Below the pieces are notes generated by a model, which had not been told where the DNA came from, made no database searches, and saw only the letters and a list, made by a program, of their open reading frames with translations. A program made the translations under genes and the position numbers. A stretch of 64,000 nucleotides of DNA from Batkoa obscura (Eukaryota), in contig JASVEC010000012.1 in the NCBI GenBank assembly GCA_030770535.1, forward strand, positions 620,001-684,000. Direction: 5' to 3'. Each line of letters opens with the position of its first letter. Position 1 is the stretch's first letter. This document shows, one piece after another, positions 1-10,800 of this stretch.

Positions 1-471
1 AGCTAAACTACAGGATATAAAAAGTGAGAGTGCTACTGCATGACCAGCACCATAACTAATGTATGGAAAAAAAGCAAAATAATCTTTGGAATTTCCTTCC
101 GTATTTGGGTCGTTAGCTAACTTGTTAAACTGAACACGTATGATTAAAAATTTAAGTAAAACATAACATCCTAGGTAAGTTAATATTATCCAAAATATTT
201 TCCAAATACCTAAAAATAAATATTCTTTTGCAAAAACGTTGTAAAATACTTTTTTTAATGAAGGCACTTTATCCTTTTTTTCAAATTGTTCACGCCACGC
301 TTTATCAAGCCTTTGTCCATTATATTTCGAGGTGTCTTGTACTTTTAACTTGATTAGGTCTAGATTTGGGTCATTACGTTGACGGTATACTTTTAATAAT
401 TGAAACACATCGATGAATAATAGTCTTTTGAAACGTACAAATAAACTTTCGGTCGGTTCTTTAGAGCTCAT
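1..471 (-). CDS. ABCC/MRP-type ABC transporter, N-terminal part (runs off the window edge)
   Basis: Open frame from ATG at 471 to base 1, absent from the ORF track because no stop falls in the window: MSSKEPTESLFVRFKRLLFIDVFQLL...RLDKAWREQFEKKDKVPSLKKVFYNVFAKEYLFLGIWKIFW... This resembles the lasso/TMD1 start of ABCC transporters (L..W..E...PSL..F). Confidence 0.65.
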   Translation of the reverse strand, partial: MSSKEPTESLFVRFKRLLFIDVFQLLKVYRQRNDPNLDLIKLKVQDTSKYNGQRLDKAWREQFEKKDKVPSLKKVFYNVFAKEYLFLGIWKIFWIILTYLGCYVLLKFLIIRVQFNKLANDPNTEGNSKDYFAFFPYISYGAGHAVALSLFISCSLA

Positions 472-2827
472 TCTAACTGATGGTTAGTCCTTTTTTGATT
501 TTTTTGGTTAGATGGCCTAAAACTAAATGGAACTTTATTAATGATTACTTTTTAAAATGAGTTGTTTTGGGTATAGTTAATCGTTGGTTGACTTTTCTTT
601 TGTATTTCTGTATCCTTTCGTGTTAATTCGCTCTACTATATTGTATTGGCTTTCAATGTATCTTATATACGATCAAAATACTAATAATTGAACACTCTTA
701 TTCAACTTCTTTATTTTTTATTGTAATTGATATACCCCTGAAATAATAGTATCCTTTATTCCTACCTTACAAAATGAGATTAAATTAAGTAAATATTAAC
801 TAAAGTAAATTATAAAGTAAGTTTCAAAATTAATTTAGTTTTTTATTTATTTTGATTTATTATTGGTTAATTAGCTCTTGATCAACCAAATAAGTAGAAT
901 TTACTCTTTTTTAAGTTTTGCTTGTTTGGGTTATGGAAATAATGAAATAAAGGTTTTATTTTTTTAGCTAGGTTTTTTTAATAACAAAATAGGAGGTTGA
1001 AATCGATAATATTTTTATATTTTTTTATATAATATGATAATAACAATACAATATCAATTGCAATTCTTTATGCCATAAATGGCTAATTATTATTTTAATA
1101 CGTTAAAATGCTAATAATAGTAAACATAGCAGCCATCATCATCTATACCGTCTACACCATGTTTATAATTTACAAAACCTTAACATGACCAAATAATAGC
1201 CAAAGCATTACTTGTTTAGTCTTATTTTTTATGAAAAAAATTCTATCAAATATTACTAAGAACTAGTTGCATTTATACATCTTTTGCTCTTTTTAATTTG
1301 TATTTAATTTCTTTTGAATAAATTCAAGAGCTATGACCTAAAATAAACCCTTGAGTTCATTCAAAAGATATCAAATACAAGTTAAAACCAAGTCAACTAA
1401 ATGCAAATAATTGTAATTCATCATTTAACCATCATTCAAATGATAACAAACAGTATCTTGTCTCTATTATAATTATTGTGGCATTCTATTGAGTTTTTAA
1501 TCTGTTATTCTAAATTTGGTGAAATTGAACGATATTTTGTTAATGATACGATTTTTTATAGAGGTTTGAAAGAAAATGAAGAAATTTAAAAGAACTACAG
1601 ACGTTCAAGTAATTACTTTAAGAAAAATTAATAAAGAAAAAAGGTTGTATTTTAAATAGTGGGGATAGCGCTTTTTTAGATATAAATATATTAAATATGT
1701 CAAGTATGGTAGTAATGTTTGTTTTGATAATAATAGGTTGTATAAAATTATAAACAAAAAGTTGATCTATTAGTTATAAAACTAAGTTTTTAAATCATTA
1801 TAGCTTCAATACATAACAGATACTTTGTTTATTTATTAAATATCTTTATAACATTTGATTTATAGTTTCGTTCTGTCATATTTATTGTAATTAATTTCAG
1901 TGTTAATAATTTTCTATCGTGTCTTAAATTAAAAGCAATAACAACTAAATAGCAAATATCTCATTTTATATTATATTTTGAAACCAGAAATAAAAGTCAA
2001 AATAACTCAAATTAGTGCTTATTATATTTAGCTTACTACGTATATAAATAAATATACTGTTTATTATTCAACTTTAGTTATTTCTAATCTGTGTTTAAAA
2101 TTTCGTTAGTAAAAAAATTTATTTATAATTTCAATTACAGATAAATAATCATAATATTAATATAAGACTTTAGTAAAATAAATGATAAAAATTGATAATG
2201 TGATTTTAAAAATAATTTTTATAAAATTATTAAGGGCATTAATAATCAATACTAGTTATTGTACATTAACCCCTTTTCATTGTAAAGCATAGATTTACTT
2301 CCTAAAATATCAATATAATCATTATAATTCTATCTATTTATAATAGTAGTCTTTAACGTGATTTATGATTTATGATTTATGCTTTATACTTTTTAATATT
2401 AAGACTTTGCTATTTAAACATCCCTTTTATCTACCTTTAAATTATATAAATAGTATAAATGTACGATGATGGATAGCATTTAAAACATCACAAAAATTGT
2501 AATAATTTTTTTACAAAATAAAGGAGAGATTTATGGAGTTTAAAGTTTTAAACCAGTGAATTATTATATTAAAAAGTTTAAACCACTTATAAAGATATGT
2601 CTTTCTTTATCCCTATCGAGTATATTATTTAATTTTAAAATTTTATAGTGAAAGAAAATATTATAATACTATTGACTCAGCAATTGATAGCTACAAAAAG
2701 GTTTGACCAAAATCCAAGCTTACCATCTCCATATTTGCTAAAAATTTCAATGCATTTTTTAAGTAACTTAAAAAAATAGAAGTGACATTGCCTTTCTTAT
2801 TTTACTAACAAAATTTTAAAATTGTAA

Positions 2828-5800
2828 ATGGAGCTTGAAAACCGAAGGAAAGAAGAAGAAAGTAACGAAACTTTAATGAAAAATAATGAAACTGAAAAAC
2901 CCAGTGAACCAGTCTTGGAGGTCACTGATAACACGGTGAAAAAAGAAGATCCTTTAAGCTTAAAAGATAGCAAGATGGAACTTGATTTAAGTCAAGAGAA
3001 AACGACGGATTTAGAAATCAAAACTCAAGTAACTCAAGTTACTGCCCATAAAAAGACAATTGATATCGAAGACAACTGGAAGATAGATTCAACCATTGAA
3101 GACCCAAGGCTAATAAAAAATCGACCAATACGGCTAGTGAACTTTGCATATAAGCAAAGTTATTTGACTTTTTTATCTGAAGTTTGTTTACAAGTAAACT
3201 ACTATTACTCATAATTTAAAAGAACCAAAACTAATCTTAGTTAGCAAGATCAAAACACAATAGGGCCTTTTGAAGCGAGTAGTATATTAGTAACGAATAT
3301 ACCATTGTCTGTATCGTCAGAACAATTGGCTAAAAAATTTGTAAACTTTGGTAATATATTGAAGATTGAAATGCCGCGATGTAACTTCACTTATTCAAGT
3401 CTTGGAGTTGCTAAGATTGTTTATGGCACTGGTTCTTTATTGGATCCTGAAAGTGCTTATTCTGTTAATTTGGCTATTAGTTATCAAAGGCCAATTTTTA
3501 TCGAAGATTCCGAGTTGAAAGTTCGAATGGACCCTAGAGGTGAACTATTTAATAATGAAGTAGAGATACAAAGGGAGAAGATGAGCTCCCATTTTGCTCA
3601 TATTATGAGTGTTAATAAACATCAGATTTTTGAAGACGCAAGGACCCATAGTTCATATAACGAAAATAGTGAAGTCAATTGTAATCAGGACGAAAGTATA
3701 ATAAATACTTCCCGTGTTGAAAGTAATGAGCAAAAACATTCAGCTATATCAGAAACTCAGAATATTGAAGGAAGAACAGTGACTCAAATAGGTGATATAT
3801 TTGAAGAAGAAGTAGAAGCTAATCCAAGTAAAAAAAGTAAAAGCTTAGATGAACAAAGTAGTCACGTAATATCCAATGATATGAAATTACAAGATAACGG
3901 CACAAATATTTTAAAAAATAATCAAGATAACGATATTGACTATCAAACTTGTGGAAATAATAAAAAGAATGGATCAAATGATACGTCGAATGAATCCAGT
4001 ATACCTGCCGAGTCCAAAGAATTTAAAATACATTATGAAAATGGAACTGCAATGACCAAATCATTAACGAATTTCGAAACTGCATCAACTTATTCAGTGG
4101 GATATGACCAAAAAGATACAAATTATAAAGCGTACAAAAACTCACCATTAAAAAATTCATGGAACAATTATAATGATTTACAAAAAAGGGAAGAAGATAG
4201 CAAATATCATGAACAAAATAGTCTAGAAGAAAATGATCTTTATGATAGGAAAAGGTATTTAGATACATATGAGAAAGATAAATTTGAACATCGATTAAGC
4301 CCAGAGTATTCGGGATATAATCAAGAATATAGTGATATTAAATCTAAAAGTCATTTAAATTCACCTTGGAGAAAGGATAGAGAAAATGATCGAAACTCTA
4401 GGTATATAGATAGTTATTCTAATAGATATATAAGAAGAGATGACCGATTGGATAGCCCAAGTTATCCTTACTCAAAAGAGGGATGGAATAATAGGAATAG
4501 AAGATATGATGATGGGTATAACTCACCTTGGCGTAGCAGTCGCCCTAATTTTTATAATTCTTCTAGAAGAGATAATTATGATTATGATAAAAGAAATGAA
4601 TATTGGTCTGAAAGAGCCAATTATAATGAAAAATCAAATGCGGATAGTTATAGGAATGGTAGTTATATGGATTTGAAAAATCAGACCGTGAATAAAGTTG
4701 AAGATTCGGAAGATTCAGAAGAAGTAAGTTTAGCGTTATTTTATTTTAATAAAGTAATTTATAATTTATTAGCCGGATAAAGAACCTGTGGAATATTGTA
4801 TTGCTTTTGATTCTAAATTTTTACCTTTGTTTCTTGCAAAAGAAGCTGATCTAATGGAACATTTCAAAGATTTTTCACCTACACAGGTAAGTAGCATAGC
4901 TAATCCTATTTATGATTATTAATTTATTATGATAGGTAACTAAAGAAAATCGATGTTGGGTAGTGATATTTTCAAATAAAAAGAATGCTAAAAGATGTTC
5001 CAAAAGTGATTTGGCAAAAGGGTTTCTTACTTATCGATTAATTGGAAAATTGCAAAAATTAAATGAATTTCGGAATCCAGAAACGAAATTAAATACAGAA
5101 CAGAAAACAATGAATTTTCATAAAAGATTACCATCTTCTGGATTACCAACATTTAAAAAGATTAGTAATTCTTTAAGAAAGAAAGAGAATGAAGATAATA
5201 AAAGATCGGAATTTAATTCTCCAATAATTAAAAGTAATTCAGATAGTAATAAAATCATAAATGATGGTTTATCTTCAAGCACAAATAATGATGAAGATAA
5301 ATCAGATAATAAATCAATATTAAAAATAATAAAAAAGAATAAAAAAGGGGATTTATATAGTGAAAGTATACTATCACCAAATGACAATATCAAAAGCGAA
5401 TTAAGTCCAAAAAAAAATTTAATAGATAAAGTTAGTAAACGAAAATCAAGTAAAGAAGAAGAGGAGGATATTTCGGATTCTGAATTTGTTGATTTATATA
5501 ATGAAGATGAATTAAATTTCCCTGATTTTGGTGAATTACCCAAAAATTCTACAGGATCAGCTAGAACACAAGGATATTATAAAGTGACCGAAGTCATGAA
5601 AAGATATAAATATCGATTTAGTTTAATGGCAGCCATTCGAGGCCAAGCTTATCGTTTAGGAAAATGGATCCCCTATTCTTCTACCGCCCAAAATTTAGCC
5701 CAACAATTAGAAGATGGAGCTAGTCGAATAGTATTAGCCCGATCAAGTATTCATGATTGGGGTTTATTTGCAGTTGAATTAATTCAAAAAGGGGAATTAG

Positions 5801-6150
5801 TCATTGAATATGTAGGTGAATTGATACGATCTCATTTGGCGGATGTTCGAGAAAAACATTATTTAGCAAATGGGATTGACTCTAGTTACCTTTTTCGAGT
5901 TAATGATATGTATGTTATCGATGCCACTACAAAAGGTAATATTGCTAGATTTATTAATCATTCTTGTACACCGAATTGTTCGGCTAAAATTACCATGGTT
6001 GATGGCAATCTTAGAATCCTCATTTTTGCTAATTCGGATATTAGAAGGGCAGAGGAAATTACATATGATTATCAGTTTCCATTGGAAGATGAAGAGCATA
6101 AAATCAAATGTTTATGTGGTACAGTAAAGTGTAGAGGGTATTTGAATTAA
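2828..6150 (+). CDS. SET1: Histone H3K4 methyltransferase Set1 (COMPASS); about 4 exons
   Basis: ORFs 2828, 3305 and 4963 are joined by GT-AG introns (~3193-3244, ~4724-4772, ~4887-4935). RRM-like segment; N-SET/WIN motif TGSARTQGYYK; SET domain RSSIHDWGLFA...GNIARFINHSCTPNC...EEITYDYQF; post-SET CLCGTVKCRGYLN. Confidence 0.93.
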
Positions 6151-6407
6151 ATTCAAAGTACTAGTTAAGTATGGATTCGTGGAAGAGTTTATAAGTGTGA
6201 GTATTTTTTTGTTATTGAGAGGGCTAATTTTTGAATGAAATATTTTTAATAAATAAAATTCTATTATTTTAAAATATTTACTGATAAATTTTTTAAAATA
6301 ATGAGTATTCTTTAACAAGAATTAAAATTTTAAGTTGAATTTCCAAACATTCAAAAAAATACTTAAATTTAAAAGCCTTCAATTTTTTAATTTTTTATCG
6401 TTGTAAA

Positions 6408-7795
6408 ATGAGTCATCCAAATAAACCAGTACCTACCCCATTTGAAGAAAGTATAGATCAAAAACAATTCAAAGAAAGTCAAGAACAAGAAGAAGAATAT
6501 GTTCATAAAGTATATAATGATATTGCATCTCATTTTTCTAATACACGATATAAGGTAAGAAAGTTAATAATTGTATAAAATAAAGATGAGAACAAATAAA
6601 AACAAGGACATATAGTAACATATAATAACATATAATAACATATAATAACATATAATAACATATAATAATATATAATAATATATAATAACATAATATAAAA
6701 TAATATAAATAATGAACAAAAAAGTAAATAAGAAAATTAAGTTCAATTAAGTTCAATTGACGAATTGATTTTTTTAATTAATATAAATTAATAGCCTTGG
6801 CCTATTATTGAAAGATTTTTAAATTCTTTACCAGAATACTCCATAGGAGCGGATATTGGATGTGGTAATGGAAAATACATGGGAGTGAATAAAAAATTAA
6901 TAGTTATGGGAAGTGATAGGTAAGTTACAATTAATTTTTATTGAATATTTAAATATTATTTGTTTGTTTTAAAAAAAAGTGAAGAGTTAAGATAAAAATT
7001 AGATGTTGAGAATAGAAAATAGAAAAACTCTAGAAAATTAATAATATTTAATTGAATTTTAATTTTATTTAGGAGTTCCAATCTCATTGAAATCTGCTCT
7101 AAACGAGGCTTTGAAGCTTTAGTAGCTGATAATTTAACTCTTCCATACAGAGATAATGCATTTGTAAGTTGAAATTTACATTATTTTATTATTATTTTAT
7201 TTTTTATTTTTTATGCTATGGTTATTATTATTTAATTAACAAAGTAATCTCAAGTATGTTAATTATTCAATTCTTTTTTAAAATTTAGGATTTTTGTATC
7301 TCAGTAGCAGTGATTCATCATTTAACTACTAATGAACGTAGGAAAAAAGCAGTACAGGTAAAAGAAAAGAGATGGAAGAGGATTTTATAGATAATTTGAA
7401 TTAACGAAATTTTCATAATAATATAGGAATTGATAAGGATTATTAAACCAGGTGGTAAATTATTAGTTTATGTTTGGGCCTTAGAACAAAAGGTAAGAAT
7501 TAATATTAATATTATAATAATTAATAATTTAATTTATTTTCTATTAATATTTTTTATTTAAATTATTTAGAGTCGAAGAGATTTTGATCCTAATGTTCAA
7601 GATGTTTTAGTGCCTTGGGTATTAAATAAATCATTTACTCAAGATAATGAAGATAAAGTTTATCAAAGATATTATCATTTATTTAAACAAGGTGAATTAG
7701 AAGAATTAGTTTTATCAACAGATAATAAACTTCAAATGGTCAATAATGGTTATGATAAAGATAATTGGTATATTGAAATTGTTAAACAAGAATAA
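6408..7795 (+). CDS. TRM9: tRNA (carboxymethyluridine-34) methyltransferase, Trm9/ALKBH8-like; multi-exon
   Basis: Spliced translation: [31 protein letters not shown]...[11 protein letters not shown]...[12 protein letters not shown]...DNLTLPYR...|[12 protein letters not shown]...|[21 protein letters not shown]...DVLVPW...[16 protein letters not shown]...YDKDNWY. Confidence 0.92.
6611..6692 (+). repeat. Minisatellite (TATAATAACA)n in TRM9 intron 1
   Basis: About 8 tandem 10-bp units with minor variants; explains spurious ORFs 6538..6756 and 6564..6746. Confidence 0.9.
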
Positions 7796-7826
7796 AATAA
7801 AATAAAATAAAATAAAATAAAATAAA
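7791..7826 (+). repeat. (AAATA)n microsatellite
   Basis: About 7 tandem pentamer units immediately after the TRM9 stop. Confidence 0.85.
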
Positions 7827-7876
7827 AAATATATACATATATTATAATTGAATTTTATTTGAAATAAATAATTTAT

Positions 7877-10800
7877 TTACTCTGATTTAATTAAAATATA
7901 ATAATTCACATGAACAATAGGTAAATGAGATTTAAAATCTTCATCTCCATTTTCCAATTTATCAGGTGATAATTTCCAACCTTCTGGTACACAAACAATA
8001 AATTCTTTTAATTTTAATTTCAATTCAAAATTTCTAATAATATCTTCTAATACTAATAAACTTAATGGTATTAATCGATTCCCATTTTTCTTATGTAATC
8101 GATAATCTTGTATACCAATAATAAACAAACCATTTTCATCTAATCGATCATAATTTTCTCTTATTATTTGTAATATTGTTTTTCTTAAATATGGGATTGT
8201 AAATGAAGCTAATAAATAATTAGGTATATGAGAAACATAAATTAGTCCTAATAAATTGTGTTCATTTGGTGGTAAAGTCATCATAAAATCATAATGATTA
8301 ATATCATCATTAGTAGTATCATTGATATCAATATTTAAACCTAATTTTAACATTATTTGATTATTTTGTTTTATTTGATTTAATCTTTTTCTTTCATATT
8401 CATTAATTTCTTGTTTTTTATTAAAATTATTAACTTTAGGTGGTGATATCATTTCTGATTTTTGTTCATAAATAAAATTCAATTTAGCTTCTTCCCAATT
8501 TTTATTTATTGGTGCAAATCTTTCAATCATTCTAGACTGTATTAATTTTTCAAAGGAATAAATTTCTGATGTTTCAAATAGCCATACTGTGCCCATAATA
8601 TTTTCTTTACGATTAATTGGATAATTAGGTACTCCGTGAGCAATTAGTTCTACTTTAATTATACCTTTACCATATAATACATCTTCTGGTGATAATAAAA
8701 TAGCTGTTACTCGTTTTGATACTTCTTTTTTTCTTTTTCTAAATATAGCAATATATTCATGAGTTAAGATTAAAAAATCAAATTTTTCTGAAAGATAAGT
8801 TCCTAAACCATACATTTGACATTGTCGTTGTCTTTTTAGTATTAATTCTTCTAATTCAAATCCAATATTCATATAACTTCTTATTGTTTGATAACCAACT
8901 GGTATATAAAAACATTTACTTCGATTATCCCCAATACCTAATGTTAATCTACCGTTTATTTTTAATAATTTCCATGATTCTTTTGCTACTAATGACATTT
9001 GATTTTGAAATTCTAATTCATTACTAATTCTTGATAAATCTCCACTTAAATTAGTTGAGTATTGTACACAATCTTTATAAGGTGGATGAGATAATATATG
9101 ATCAAATTTACATTCATTAATCTTATTTAAATTACTTAAATTTCTTGCATCTCCTTGTAATATTAATGGTCTTAAACTAACATCCATTTTCAAACTAGGT
9201 GGTAATGCAAAACTACAATTCTTTTGACTTAAAGTTATAGCTACTGGATTTATATCTACACCAATACATCTATTATAATGTAATATTAATAAAAGTTATT
9301 TATCTATTATTTATATAGTATATTCTTACTTTCTACCATTTAAAAAACATTCAATAGCATCTGTACCTCTACCTAAAAAATTAGATAAAACAAGTGCTCC
9401 AGGCTTAGTATATTTTAATAACGATCTTCGTACTGTTTGTGCTAACCAAGTACCATGATAATCTGAAGCAGAATGAGAAGCCCCTAAATAGAAAAATAAT
9501 TAATTAAAATAATAATATATAATATAATTATAATATTCTTTACATCTTGGAGCTCTTCCAGGTATATCTAAATAAGTTGAATATAAATTTAAAGAATATC
9601 TTTGATTTTCTTTTGGTCCATAAGAATCCAATAGTTTAGCTTGATTATTATCTAAAGGCAAATGATAATGATCATACATTGTTCTTGTGTTATAAGGTAA
9701 ATGAGTATACTCTTCTGTATTTGTATTATATTGATTAGATTGTTTTTTATCTTGTTTTCCTTTATTTTTCTTTGATAATCTTTTTTTTCTTAATTTTCCT
9801 TTTTCTCCAGAACTAAAACATTGATGACATAATAAAACTCCATAATAACCTATCAAAGTGTTAATATCTTGTTGCTTATTATAATTTATTTAAATTACTT
9901 TTTCTCCAAACTTTAGATTTTTCACACCAACAGTAAGCACATTGTAATTTTTTTCTACCTTTTTTTAAATTTCTTATTTCTTGTTCATCATTTCTTTTTT
10001 CTATTAAATAAACAAAACATTAACAATAGTTCATTTGATTTTTATAAAACATTTACTTCTGATTGGTATACTAACTTTAGAACGCGTAGATGTTAATAAC
10101 ATTCGATCTTGATCTATAAAATAACAGATAGCCAGTAAACTATATATGCTTTAAGTTAAATTAAAATTTTTACCTGTGATTACAAAGGATTCTTTATCGT
10201 GGTTATGTTCCACTAATTCAAATCGATGATGATAACACTAAAATATTTTAATCAAAAACATAATTATATATAATAAATAAACTCCTACCAAAGAACAAAG
10301 ATCATAAGAAGAAAAAGTAGCTTGCTTCAAACAAGTAAAACAAGTAAACCAACTATATTTTAATTTATCATTATTAAGTATATCAATTTCTTCAGTAACT
10401 AAATATAAATTAATAAAGATATTATTAATATGTTAATAATTTAAAACTTACTTATTTCTTCCTCATTAGTATCAATATCAACAATTTTTTCAATTGGACT
10501 ATCATCATCAATAATAATATCACTATCTTGATGTGGATCTAAAGTACAGCTTTCGATATCTAACTTATCATCCTCATCGTCTTCATCTTCTTCAATTTCA
10601 ATCAATGGATCTTCAATTTCAATTGTATGTAAATTATTAATTGAAAACTCAGTTGCTTTTTCCATTTCGAAAGAATCTTCTAAATCCATTTCTTTAGCTT
10701 TAGTTGATTTTATGTTTAATGGTGAATTATCGCTATCTGGGCCTTCGATATTGTTTTGAAAACTATTATTATTGCCATTTCTATTATCAACATTATCTGG

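Noticed and set aside
4023..6318. Short ORFs overlapping SET1 (4023, 4440, 5118, 5863, 5870, 6112)
   Set aside because: Antisense or alternate-frame shadows of a well-supported gene; no recognisable motifs.
6538..6756. ORFs 6538..6756 and 6564..6746 (-) with YYMLL/IICYY repeats
   Set aside because: Translations of the intronic (TATAATAACA)n minisatellite, antisense to TRM9.
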